A stretch of DNA of 64,000 bases from an uncultured Pelagibacteraceae bacterium. GTDB lineage: Bacteria > Pseudomonadota > Alphaproteobacteria > Pelagibacterales > Pelagibacteraceae. A program made the position numbers and the translations under genes. Location of the stretch: contig CABZKL010000002.1 in the NCBI GenBank assembly GCA_902526405.1, positions 9,472 through 73,471 of the forward strand, written 5' to 3'. The notes under the pieces are model-generated. The model saw only the letters and a list, made by a program, of their open reading frames with translations. It had not been told where the DNA came from and did not search any database. This document shows, one piece after another, positions 1 to 9,518 of this stretch (position 1 is the first letter of the stretch; each line of letters starts with the position of its first letter).

Positions 1-79
1 GAATGACTTAATTTTAGAAAATAAAGTCAAATATTTAGAAAAAAATTTAAAAATGATTGATAATAACTTTATATTTTGA
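1..79 (+). CDS. 3' end of an upstream gene of unknown function (partial)
   Basis: Open frame from position 2 (NDLILENKVKYLEKNLKMIDNNFIF) to TGA at 77-79, overlapping the next ATG (TGATG). Confidence 0.5.
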   Translation, partial: NDLILENKVKYLEKNLKMIDNNFIF

Positions 80-724
80 TGATTAAAAAAATTAAATCAT
101 CATTATCAGAAAAAATATTATTTACCTTTTTAATTTCATTAGCAGTTTTTACCTTTGGTTCTTTTTATTTGATTAAAAATAAATGTTTGTTTGTAAAAGA
201 ACTTGATTTAGATGAACTTAAAATTAGTGATCCAAAAAATTTAGCTATTATGGATGTTGAGTGTGGAAAAGTTGCAATTGAACTTTATCCTCAAGTTTCA
301 CCTAAATCGGTTGAAAGATTTAAATATTTTGTTAATTCAGGTTTGTATAATAATTCAGCATTTTATCGTGTTATAGAAAATACTTTGGTTCAAGCAGGTG
401 ATCTTGAGTTTGGTTATCATGATAATATAAACTATTTTAAAATTGGAAGTGGTACGTCTAAGCTTGGTAAATTAAAATCAGAATTAAGTAATGATTACGA
501 ATTTAATGCAGGAACTGTTGCTATGGCCAGGGGGGAATTTGACACTGAAGATAGTGAATTCTTTATTATCTTAAAAGATATTCCTTTATACCAAGGAGAA
601 TATACACCGGTTGGTAAAGTAATTTTTGGCTTGGACGCTTTAAAAAAAAATTAAAGTTGGTAATAAAACAGATTATGTATTACGGCCTGATTATATTAAA
701 AAATTTCAATTATTAGAAAACTAA
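79..724 (+). CDS. Cyclophilin-type peptidyl-prolyl cis-trans isomerase with N-terminal membrane anchor; apparent frameshift in the A9 run at 642-650
   Basis: Motifs IELYPQVSPKSVERF, FYRVIE..LVQAGD, GTVAMAR, FFI, YTPVGKVIFGLDAL. ORF stops at 654, but removing one A gives ...LKKIKVGNKTDYVLRPDYIKKFQLLEN* ending at 724. Confidence 0.8.
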
Positions 725-2943
725 TTAACTAAAGGTTTTCCAGTTGCAAGAGTATGCTTTATTCTTTCCTGAGTTTTAGGGGTTTCAATAAGCTTCATAA
801 AAGCATCTAGCTCTAATTTAAACAAATCGTCTTCTGAAAGTTTTTTGTCTATTGATGTATCTCCACCACTTAGTACATAAGCTAATTCTTTAGCAACTAC
901 CATGCCGTGATCTAGTATAACTTTATCATTGTAAAGTTTGTCTAAAACTTTGTGCATTTCGCCCCTAACACTCTTGCCTGGCAAATTGAATACTAATTCA
1001 GATGGCGATTTAAAATCTCGGTTTTCATCTAAAATTTGTTTTGATACTTCGAGTAAACTATTTCTATTCATTATTTTTTTGTCTTCTGGCTTAAGATATT
1101 TTAAAGGTTCTGCCTCCACCGGTGAAGTTGCTGTTTTACCATAACCAATAATGTCAAAAACTTTTAATGGAGCAAAATTTGGATCTTTTTTACTTTCTTC
1201 TGTATTTTGCCATCTTGCCAACATTTCTTTGCAACCACCACCAGCTGGAATTAATCCTACTATTGTCTCAACTAAACCAATTACAATATTAGTGTGCGAT
1301 GCAACAAAATTACTTTGGACAAGAACTTCAAAGCCTCCTCCTAAAGTTAAACCTGAGGGTGCAGATATCACTGGATATTTTGAATACTTAAGCTCTTTAC
1401 ATGTTTCTTGAAAATATTTAATAAATTTTTCAATAGATTTAAAATCTCCCTTATTTGCAAAATCCATCGTATAACTTAAATTTACTCCTGCAGAGAATTG
1501 CATACTTTCATTAATAATAATTAAAGGTTTATCTGTTGCTTTTTTTAAAGCATCCATAGAATCATAATCTAGAGCATTTGCTTTTGTGGTAAACTCAACA
1601 ATATTATAGTCTTTAAATTTATAAATTTGGGCGGAGCTATTTCCTTCGATACTTTGAGCCTTTCTCTTAACTTTTCCTAAAGTTTCAATTTTTGTATATT
1701 TTTGTCTCGCTCCATAAAAATTTTCATTTTTTGATTTTGCGAGATTTTCTAAAAATTTATTCCCATCATAATTATCTATTTTGTTAAAAAAGTTTTCTAC
1801 TCCAATTTCTTCTAACATCTCAAAAGGTCCTTTAGACCAATTGAAACCAAGTCTCAATGCTTCATCAATATCGTTAAATTCATCTGTAATTTCAGTTACC
1901 AATGATGATGAATATTTGATTATTTTTGAAATTACTGACCACGCATATTTACCATGTTTGTCATCTCGATTAATTAATTTTTTAAGATCAACTTTTTCAG
2001 ATTTAATATCGATTTTTTTGCTGGGTGAATAATTTCCTGTTTCAAGATTTAGGGCCTCTAAAATTTTTGTACCCGCATCTTTATTTATTCTATAAAAGCC
2101 ACCTTTACCTTTTCGACCAGTATAACCGGTTTCAATTAGTTTTTTAATTAAAGGAATTTCTTGTGCAACTTCATGAAATTTGTCAGTTTCAGGTAACTCT
2201 TTTATAAAACTTTTTAATACATCGGCCATTAAATCAATGCCAATTAAATCATAAAGTCCAAAAACTCCTGTTTTAGGAATTCCCATTGGTCTTCCAAAAA
2301 TTGCGTCAGCTTCTTCAACAGTTAATTTCATTTTGAAAGCCTCAGTCATTGCTATTTGCATAGCATATACACCAACCCTATTTCCTAAAAAACCTGGAGT
2401 ATCATTACAAACAATTGCCCCCTTACCAAGTTCAATCTCACAAAATTTTTGAAGTGTATTTATTTTTTCTAAATCATTATTTTCATTTTTAACAATTTCT
2501 AACAAGCCCATGTATCGAACAGGATTAAAGAAGTGTGTAATGCAAAAATCTTTTTTTTGGTCGTTAGTTAAATTTTGTGAAAGTACTTTTATTGGAATTG
2601 AAGATGTGTTTGAGGAGACTATCGCTCCATCTTTTCTAGATTTAAATATTTTTTCATATATTTGATGCTTAATATCTATACGTTCAACAACTGCTTCGAC
2701 TATCCAATCAGCTTCTTTAACTGTATCAAAGTCATCTGAAATATTTCCTACTTTAATGTTATTAATTTTAGATTTATCAATTAATAATGGTGGTCTTGAT
2801 TTAAAGATTCTATCTCTAGCATTTGTGCTTATTTCAGTGGTCAAATCTAGTAAAGTTACAGGAACATTTGCATTACATAAATGAGCAGCAATCCCACTAC
2901 CCATAGTGCCTGATCCAATAATAACTACTTTTTTGATTTCCAC
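721..2943 (-). CDS. 3-hydroxyacyl-CoA dehydrogenase / enoyl-CoA hydratase fusion (FadN-like)
   Basis: GSGTMGSGIA Rossmann motif, EAVVE, SSNTSS, HFFNPVRYM, PGFLGNR; C-terminal crotonase domain (FSAGVNL, LGGGFE, GLIPAGGG); GTG start. Confidence 0.92.
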   Translation of the reverse strand: MEIKKVVIIGSGTMGSGIAAHLCNANVPVTLLDLTTEISTNARDRIFKSRPPLLIDKSKINNIKVGNISDDFDTVKEADWIVEAVVERIDIKHQIYEKIFKSRKDGAIVSSNTSSIPIKVLSQNLTNDQKKDFCITHFFNPVRYMGLLEIVKNENNDLEKINTLQKFCEIELGKGAIVCNDTPGFLGNRVGVYAMQIAMTEAFKMKLTVEEADAIFGRPMGIPKTGVFGLYDLIGIDLMADVLKSFIKELPETDKFHEVAQEIPLIKKLIETGYTGRKGKGGFYRINKDAGTKILEALNLETGNYSPSKKIDIKSEKVDLKKLINRDDKHGKYAWSVISKIIKYSSSLVTEITDEFNDIDEALRLGFNWSKGPFEMLEEIGVENFFNKIDNYDGNKFLENLAKSKNENFYGARQKYTKIETLGKVKRKAQSIEGNSSAQIYKFKDYNIVEFTTKANALDYDSMDALKKATDKPLIIINESMQFSAGVNLSYTMDFANKGDFKSIEKFIKYFQETCKELKYSKYPVISAPSGLTLGGGFEVLVQSNFVASHTNIVIGLVETIVGLIPAGGGCKEMLARWQNTEESKKDPNFAPLKVFDIIGYGKTATSPVEAEPLKYLKPEDKKIMNRNSLLEVSKQILDENRDFKSPSELVFNLPGKSVRGEMHKVLDKLYNDKVILDHGMVVAKELAYVLSGGDTSIDKKLSEDDLFKLELDAFMKLIETPKTQERIKHTLATGKPLVN

Positions 2944-2979
2944 ACTAAGTTCTATATATGAAAAGTTTATTTAGGTAAA

Positions 2980-3834
2980 TTATCTATTTATTCCTCTTAA
3001 TCTCTCAGATCTTCTTCTTAATAATTCTGCAGTGACTAAGATTAAAGTAGATAAAATAATTAAACATGTTGCAACTGCAAGAATAGTTGGACTTAGCTGT
3101 TCTCTTAAGCCTGTCCACATTTGAACTGGAATAGTCGTATTTTCCAATCCTGCTAAAAATAATACAACAACCACTTCGTCAAAAGAAGTAACAAATGCAA
3201 ACAACCCTCCTGAAATAACTCCTGGAAGTATCAAGGGTAATGTTATTTTCATAAATGTGTTAACTGGATTACTACCTAAGCTTGAAGCTGCTCGAGTAAC
3301 ACTATGATCAAAACCTGACAGTGTTGCTGTAACGGTAATTACCACAAAAGGAGTGCCTAATATAATATGAGCCAAAACTATTCCTGTATGTGTTGCTGCT
3401 AAACCAACTTTTGCCATGAAAAAGAAAATAGCTACTCCAGATATAATTAATGGAACAATCATTGGAGAAATTAAAACTGCCATAATCAAACCCTTATACG
3501 GCATATGCCTACTACTAAGTCCTAAAGCAGCAAGTGTTCCCAATATAATTGATCCAATAGTTGCAAATATTGCAATTATAAAACTATTTTTTGCAGCTAA
3601 TCCCCATGGATTTTTAGTTCCATAAACCATTTCATGATACCATCTAAAAGAGAAAGCATCTGGATCAAGTCTTTTCATTCCTTCAGAAAAAACCAAAAAC
3701 TCTTCTGCATTAAATGATAAAGGAAAAATTACAAACAGAGGTGCAATTAAAAAGAAAAATACGAACGTACAAATAGCGACGTAAAAGTAATGCCAGATTC
3801 TATAACGTGTTTCTGTATAACTTGGTAAAGCCAT
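2980..3834 (-). CDS. potC: ABC transporter permease, PotC family
   Basis: Multiple TM segments, ISPMIVPLII, EAA-like loop RAASSLGSNP, TSFDEVVVVLFL. Confidence 0.85.
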   Translation of the reverse strand: MALPSYTETRYRIWHYFYVAICTFVFFFLIAPLFVIFPLSFNAEEFLVFSEGMKRLDPDAFSFRWYHEMVYGTKNPWGLAAKNSFIIAIFATIGSIILGTLAALGLSSRHMPYKGLIMAVLISPMIVPLIISGVAIFFFMAKVGLAATHTGIVLAHIILGTPFVVITVTATLSGFDHSVTRAASSLGSNPVNTFMKITLPLILPGVISGGLFAFVTSFDEVVVVLFLAGLENTTIPVQMWTGLREQLSPTILAVATCLIILSTLILVTAELLRRRSERLRGINR

Positions 3835-3836
3835 AA

Positions 3837-5099
3837 TTATCCTAATTTAATATTATCCACTCCTACTAACTTGTTATAAATCCAATAAATAACCAATACT
3901 CCTGACAACAGCATTAAACCCATTGCTGATGCGAAACTCCAATCTAATGTTGATTTCATGTGATAAGCAATTTGATTACTAATTAAAGTACCTGAGGCAC
4001 CTCCAACTAATGCTGGTGTAATATAATAGCCAATTGCTAAAATAAATACTAACAAACATCCGGCACCAATACCTGGAATAGTTAATGGAAAATAAACTTT
4101 CCAAAATGCAACAAATGGTGTTCCACCTAAAGATTTCCCAGCCCTCATCAAACTTGGAGATATTGTTTTCATGACACTGTAAAGTGGAAGAACCATAAAT
4201 GGCAATAATATTTGTGTCATTGCAACATAGGTACCAACTTTATTATACATCATCTCTGGTCTGTTATCGTCTGCAACAAGACCAATCATTACAAAAAAAT
4301 CATTTACCACTCCCTGTTGCTGCAGTAAAATCATCCAACTGGCGGTTCTTACCAGTAGAGAAGTCCAAAAAGGTAATAGTACACATATCATTAAAAGATT
4401 GCTGTATTTCATTGGCAATGTTGCAAGTAAATGAGCTATTGGATAACCCATCAAAAAACAAAAAATAGTTACAAACAACGCTATTTCTAAGGTTCTCAAC
4501 CAAAGTATTCTGTGAATTCTTCTGTCTTCATCGACCTGGGCAATACTTCCGTCCGCTGCAAAGTACATATCCATACCTTTTAAATATTTTGCCATAGTGT
4601 AAGGAGGAGCAGTTCTTTTAATCGCTTGCCAATACTCTACATTCCTCCATCTTTTATGGACTTTCATTATTTGTTCTTTGATACTTTGACTTTCATCAAT
4701 TTTATTTCTTTTAATTTGTCTCATTAATTTTTTAGTGATGGAGTTAAAACCATTTTTTTCTTTATTTAATCTTTGACCAAGTTTTCCTTGTGTTTGGTTT
4801 TCAATTAAAACCTTGTAGTCTGAATAGAAACCAGCAAAAACTTCTTCTGGAGGTAATTCTTTTCCGTCCCATTTTTCCATTGCTTTAAAGGTTTTAGGAA
4901 GCATATTAGTAATCATTTTATCATCTACACTTCTTGTAAACATCTCACCAATAGGAAAAACATATGTAATGAATAAGAATAACAGTAATGGAGCAACAAG
5001 AAGAAAGGCTTTAATTTTATTCTTCTTTTCTGCTTTTTTTAGACTGACCTCAAGTGGAATTCCGTCAGTAGTTAAAATTTGTTTTGTTTCTGAGCTCAT
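3837..5099 (-). CDS. potB: ABC transporter permease, PotB family, with a large periplasmic loop
   Basis: LLPFWTSLLVRT, LPFMVLPLY, RAGKSLGG, GYYITPALVGG. Confidence 0.85.
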   Translation of the reverse strand: MSSETKQILTTDGIPLEVSLKKAEKKNKIKAFLLVAPLLLFLFITYVFPIGEMFTRSVDDKMITNMLPKTFKAMEKWDGKELPPEEVFAGFYSDYKVLIENQTQGKLGQRLNKEKNGFNSITKKLMRQIKRNKIDESQSIKEQIMKVHKRWRNVEYWQAIKRTAPPYTMAKYLKGMDMYFAADGSIAQVDEDRRIHRILWLRTLEIALFVTIFCFLMGYPIAHLLATLPMKYSNLLMICVLLPFWTSLLVRTASWMILLQQQGVVNDFFVMIGLVADDNRPEMMYNKVGTYVAMTQILLPFMVLPLYSVMKTISPSLMRAGKSLGGTPFVAFWKVYFPLTIPGIGAGCLLVFILAIGYYITPALVGGASGTLISNQIAYHMKSTLDWSFASAMGLMLLSGVLVIYWIYNKLVGVDNIKLG

Positions 5100-5131
5100 A
5101 AAAAAAAAGGGCGGTTAATTAATAACCGCCC
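5100..5131 (-). terminator. Intrinsic terminator or stabilising hairpin between the binding-protein gene and the permease
   Basis: Perfect 9-bp stem GGGCGGTTA(5109-5117)/TAACCGCCC(5123-5131) followed on the minus strand by T9. Confidence 0.8.
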
Positions 5132-5168
5132 TAAATATATTATATTAATTCAGTGTTTAAAACTGAAA

Positions 5169-6287
5169 TTATAGGCCTGCTTTCATTGCTTCCCATTTTT
5201 CACCGATCTCTGTTCCGTTGTCAGCCCAGTAGAAAGGATCAACTAAGAAATATTTCTTAGTATTTGCAGGAGCTGTTGGCATTTGTGGCATCATTTCAGT
5301 TTTACCATCTTTGTACCAAGGCTCATTAGCTTTGATAATTTCTAAAGATGATAATCTGTATGGAGCATATGCAATGTACTTCGCACTACCAGCTAACATC
5401 TCAGTATTAGTCATCATAGCTAAAGCTTTTTTAGCATTTGCTTCATCTGGTCCACCCTTAACTAATGCAAAATACTCATAGTCAAGACCTTGACCATGCC
5501 ATACTTGCTTAATTGGAGCGCCTTCACCTACTTCAGCGTTAAAGAATCTTCCGTTCCAACCAGTTGCCATTACAACTTCACCAGCAACTAACAGTTCTGG
5601 TGGTTGAGCACCTGCAGACCAGAATACACATCCACCATTTGGATCTGTACAAAGTTCTTTAATTTTATTCATTGCTCTGTCAACACCGCCTTCTTCTTCA
5701 AGCTTTCTGTAAAGTAATTCTCCACCTTTACCCATATTTACGCCATCAGCAGCTAAAGCAATTTCTAGATTTGTAAGAGCACTTTTATAGATTGCTCTTT
5801 TACCTGGAAATTTTTTAGTGTTAAAAAAGTCTTTGATAGTTTTTGGTTCTTTACCATCAAAAGCTCTTGTATCAAAAGCATAGTTCCATGAGTACAGAAT
5901 ATTTCCTACTGCACATTCACTTGGCATTGGAGCGAAGAAATCTTCACTTGCAGGCGTTCCATCTGGAGCTGCTGGGAAGTCTTTGTCAAAATCAAATTTA
6001 ACAAATATACCTTCATCACAACCATTAATAGTATCAAATGCAAATACATCGATAATATCCCAAGTTATAGCACCCGCCTCTTTTTGTGCTTTGATTTCTG
6101 ATAATCCTCCAGAATAGTCAACCCAGTTGATATCAACTCCTAGAGCTGCTGCTGTTGGATCACCATACCCTTGTTTTTGAGAGTCTGTATAAGCTCCACC
6201 CCATGATGCTACAGTAACAGCAAAGGCTGAAGAAGTTACAGATACAACAAAAGAAAGAGCAAGTAACAATTTACTTAATTTTCTCAT
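5169..6287 (-). CDS. potD: ABC transporter substrate-binding protein, PotD family (polyamine or osmolyte)
   Basis: Signal peptide MRKLSK..SSAFA, VASWGGAY, WDIID, KKFPGKRA, LEIALAADGV, WNGR. Start re-called to ATG 6287, which follows SD GGAGGA. Confidence 0.85.
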   Translation of the reverse strand: MRKLSKLLLALSFVVSVTSSAFAVTVASWGGAYTDSQKQGYGDPTAAALGVDINWVDYSGGLSEIKAQKEAGAITWDIIDVFAFDTINGCDEGIFVKFDFDKDFPAAPDGTPASEDFFAPMPSECAVGNILYSWNYAFDTRAFDGKEPKTIKDFFNTKKFPGKRAIYKSALTNLEIALAADGVNMGKGGELLYRKLEEEGGVDRAMNKIKELCTDPNGGCVFWSAGAQPPELLVAGEVVMATGWNGRFFNAEVGEGAPIKQVWHGQGLDYEYFALVKGGPDEANAKKALAMMTNTEMLAGSAKYIAYAPYRLSSLEIIKANEPWYKDGKTEMMPQMPTAPANTKKYFLVDPFYWADNGTEIGEKWEAMKAGL

Positions 6288-6410
6288 TATTCCTCCGTTT
6301 AAACGTTTAATATAAATTAATTTATATAAGCAAATTACACCAAAATGACTATTAAGAGTCAACAGCTTATAATGTTCTTATTATTACTTATACTTTAATT
6401 ATTTGATTAG

Positions 6411-7496
6411 TTATTTTGGGTCTAATGCTCTTGCGTCATAACTATTCCAGCCAATTTTTATTTCTTGGCTAACCTTAAGCTCTAAATTAGATGTGGAGTT
6501 TGGTACTTTTAAAATAAATTCTGGGTTACCTAATAAATTAACTCTTACTCTCGTATGATCTCCATGATAAATAACCTCTTCTATCTTACCACTAAACATA
6601 TTATCCATTTTTTCAGTTGGTTCGATTAAAGCTCTCTCTGGCCTTAGAGACACAGTTGTTTTCTCCCCTTTAGATTTTACAGAAATAGCGTTAGATAATA
6701 TTTCAGCATTTGATAATTTTACTTTACATTCATCTCCTGAAATATCTGAGACTTCACCATTAAATGTATTATTTTCACCTATAAATTCTGCAACAAATGA
6801 ATTTACTGGCTTTTCATAAAGTTCTGCGGGGCTTGATAACTGTTGAACTTTTCCATCATTAAACACTGCAATTCTATTAGACATTGTTAATGCTTCACTT
6901 TGGTCATGAGTAACGTAGACTACAGTTACTCCTATGCTCTCATGGATATGTTTAATTTCATATTGCATACTCTCTCTTAAATTTTTATCCAAAGCACCCA
7001 ATGGTTCATCCATTAAAACCACTGCCGGATCAAAAACTAAAGCTCTAGCTACAGCTACCCTTTGTTGTTGTCCCCCTGAAAGTTGTCCTGGCATTCTTGT
7101 TTCAAAACCATTTAGTGAAACCATTGATAAAGCTTTGTCGACTTTTTTATCAATTTCATCTTTTTCTATTTTTCTTACTCTTAAAGGGAAAGCTAGATTT
7201 TCATAAACAGTCATATGTGGAAATAGTGCATAATTTTGAAAGACCATTCCAATCCCTCTTTTATGAGGTGGAATGTTAGAAATTATATTTCCATCTAATA
7301 GGATCTCTCCATTTGTAGGAGTTTCAAAACCGGCAAGCATCATTAGACAAGTTGTTTTACCAGATCCAGAGGGACCAAGCATTGTAATAAATTCACCTTC
7401 CGCAATATCTAATTGAAGATCTTTAACAACTAAAACTTTACCGTCATAGCTTTTGTCGACTTTATCAAATTTAACGAATTCTGGATTTTTAGACAT
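6411..7496 (-). CDS. potA: ABC transporter ATP-binding protein, PotA family
   Basis: Walker A GPSGSGKTT, VFQNYALFPHM, LSGGQQQR, MDEPLGALD, C-terminal TOBE-like region. Confidence 0.9.
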   Translation of the reverse strand: MSKNPEFVKFDKVDKSYDGKVLVVKDLQLDIAEGEFITMLGPSGSGKTTCLMMLAGFETPTNGEILLDGNIISNIPPHKRGIGMVFQNYALFPHMTVYENLAFPLRVRKIEKDEIDKKVDKALSMVSLNGFETRMPGQLSGGQQQRVAVARALVFDPAVVLMDEPLGALDKNLRESMQYEIKHIHESIGVTVVYVTHDQSEALTMSNRIAVFNDGKVQQLSSPAELYEKPVNSFVAEFIGENNTFNGEVSDISGDECKVKLSNAEILSNAISVKSKGEKTTVSLRPERALIEPTEKMDNMFSGKIEEVIYHGDHTRVRVNLLGNPEFILKVPNSTSNLELKVSQEIKIGWNSYDARALDPK

Positions 7497-7541
7497 AAAG
7501 TTGAATATAAAACATTTGTGGTAATAGAATTCAATAGCTAA

Positions 7542-8711
7542 TTAACTTTTAATATGAAGTTCTTTTGGGAAATTGCAGAATAATTCAGAACCATTCTTAG
7601 TTACTCTAATCGCTTCAGAAGCCTCTACCCCCCAATCACCAAATTGCATTACTGCAATCATGTGAAAACACACATTAGGCTCAAGAACAGTCATATCGCC
7701 TTTATAAATATTTAGAGTATGTTCACCCCAATCTGGAGGATAGCCAATTCCAATCGAATATCCTGTTCTAGATTTTTTCTCTATTCCATATTTATCTAAA
7801 ATTTTCCAAAATGCCTGGGCAACATCATTGGCAGTATTTCCAGGTTTGATTACACTAATACCAGAATTCAAAGCCTCAATAGTTTTATTCATAGTATCTA
7901 TTTTTGTTTGGTCAGGTTTTCCTAATAAAACTGTTCGAGCCATTGGTGCATGATATCTTTTGTAAGTTCCTGATAATTCAATAATAGTAGCCTCTCCTTC
8001 AACAAATTTATCTTGGCTAGCAGTCAAATGAGATGCTGAAGTTCCTTTTCCTGTTGGTACTAAAGTTGCAATACTTGCATATTCTCCCCCAAATTCCTGA
8101 GTTCCATAAAATAATGATTTTTGAATTTCTCCAACTGCATCACACTGCCTTACACCAGGATTAATTACTTCCATTGCGGTTTTCATTCCTTTTTCAGAAA
8201 TTTTTGCAGCAGATTTCATATAAGTTATTTCAGCGTCTGATTTTACCAGTCTTGCCCAATTGACCAGACGATCACTATCTTTTATTTTAGCGTTAGGAAG
8301 ACCTAATTTAATTTTTTCATAACAAAATGCTGTGAAATAATGTGCATCCATCTCTACACCAATTGATAGTTTGTCCCACTTTCTGTCTTTAATAATGTTA
8401 ACTAAGTAATCATAAGGATGTTTTGGCCAGGTATGAATATAAGACTCATCGTAAGCTATTATGTTCTCATTTTTTAAATAAGTTTTTAAGTAAGCTCCCC
8501 CTGCATCTTGAGCTCTTACAAAGCACAGTGGTTCCTCTGCATTAACATGTACAATAGCGCACTGTGCATAATAAAAAGACCATGCATCATAACCTGTTAA
8601 ATAATTTAAGTTATTAGTGTCATGAGAGATTAAAAGTTCAATGCCTTTGTCTTGCATCATGTGTTGAACTTTCTTTAGTCTTTGTTTGTATTCTTCTTTT
8701 GTAAAATACAT
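7542..8711 (-). CDS. doeA: M24-family hydrolase, ectoine hydrolase DoeA/EutD-like
   Basis: EYKQRL, YLTGYDAWSFY, YHAPMARTV, RTGYSIGIGYPPDWGEHT; adjacent to an eutA-like gene. Confidence 0.8.
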   Translation of the reverse strand: MYFTKEEYKQRLKKVQHMMQDKGIELLISHDTNNLNYLTGYDAWSFYYAQCAIVHVNAEEPLCFVRAQDAGGAYLKTYLKNENIIAYDESYIHTWPKHPYDYLVNIIKDRKWDKLSIGVEMDAHYFTAFCYEKIKLGLPNAKIKDSDRLVNWARLVKSDAEITYMKSAAKISEKGMKTAMEVINPGVRQCDAVGEIQKSLFYGTQEFGGEYASIATLVPTGKGTSASHLTASQDKFVEGEATIIELSGTYKRYHAPMARTVLLGKPDQTKIDTMNKTIEALNSGISVIKPGNTANDVAQAFWKILDKYGIEKKSRTGYSIGIGYPPDWGEHTLNIYKGDMTVLEPNVCFHMIAVMQFGDWGVEASEAIRVTKNGSELFCNFPKELHIKS

Positions 8712-9457
8712 TAATTTATTTGGAATAATTTACCGAATCCCTCTACTGAATTATTTTTATTTATTTTAACAAGGGTATCCCAAATTAATGCCTGGTTGCT
8801 AGTCAATACTGCAGTATTTAATTTTTTTTCTAATTTATCTATAATGGGTAAAACTGGAAGAGCTGTACATGAAACAAACAGAGCATCTGCATTATTTAAT
8901 TCAATGTTAGATAATACTTCATACAAATAATTTTGATCAACTTTACCAATATCAAGATCAGACTCGATATCAAAATATGCATTAGATGTAATTTCAAAAC
9001 CCTCACTTTTAAAATACTCCAAAACCTCATCATTTAATTTTTTACTATAAGGTGTAAATAAACATATTTTATTAATATTCATTTTTTTAAGTGCTCTAAT
9101 TGCAGCTGTGCTTGGTGTGGTAACATCTGCTTTTGGTTTTGCTGCCTTTACTTTTTTTTCAATTGATGTATGACCAGCAGCGATAGTTCCAGAGGTACAA
9201 CCATAAACTACACAATCTAGATCCTGATCTGGTAAAATATCTTTTGTAACCTCTGTAACCTTTTCTGACATTTTAATTAGGTTTTCCTTTGTTAATGGAT
9301 TGTAACTTTCAATTCGATTTACAAAAAAATCAATATCTTTATCTTTAATTACATTTATAAAATCCTTTTCAATCATAAAGTCGCTTGCAAGTGCTATCAG
9401 GCCGACTCTTGGATTTGATTTACTTACAAATTTAGGATCTATTTTTGTTGAATTCAT
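8711..9457 (-). CDS. eutA: Asp/Glu racemase / maleate isomerase superfamily protein, EutA-like
   Basis: RVGLIALASDFMIEKD, paired catalytic Cys motifs YGCTSG and VSCTAL, TSNQALIW. Confidence 0.75.
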   Translation of the reverse strand: MNSTKIDPKFVSKSNPRVGLIALASDFMIEKDFINVIKDKDIDFFVNRIESYNPLTKENLIKMSEKVTEVTKDILPDQDLDCVVYGCTSGTIAAGHTSIEKKVKAAKPKADVTTPSTAAIRALKKMNINKICLFTPYSKKLNDEVLEYFKSEGFEITSNAYFDIESDLDIGKVDQNYLYEVLSNIELNNADALFVSCTALPVLPIIDKLEKKLNTAVLTSNQALIWDTLVKINKNNSVEGFGKLFQIN

Positions 9458-9518
9458 ATTTTAAAAGGTGAATATATCAGAAGTTCTTTAATAATCATTA
9501 ATATTAAAAAATAACGGC

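Noticed and set aside
938-2032. Short plus-strand ORFs inside the FadN-like gene, and similar shadow ORFs throughout (e.g. 3416, 6934, 14985, 18349, 30441, 54361, 57779)
   Set aside because: They lie antisense to or out of frame within well-supported genes and show no recognisable motifs; they are expected codon-bias shadows
6296-6327. Palindromes CGTTTAAACG and ATATAAATTAATTTATAT upstream of potD
   Set aside because: Could be operators, but AT-only palindromes arise easily at this base composition and I saw no second copy or cognate regulator
6288-6362. N-terminal extension of the PotD-family ORF from TTG 6362
   Set aside because: The SD and signal peptide fit ATG 6287; the extension covers a likely promoter (TTGACT-17-TGTAAT)
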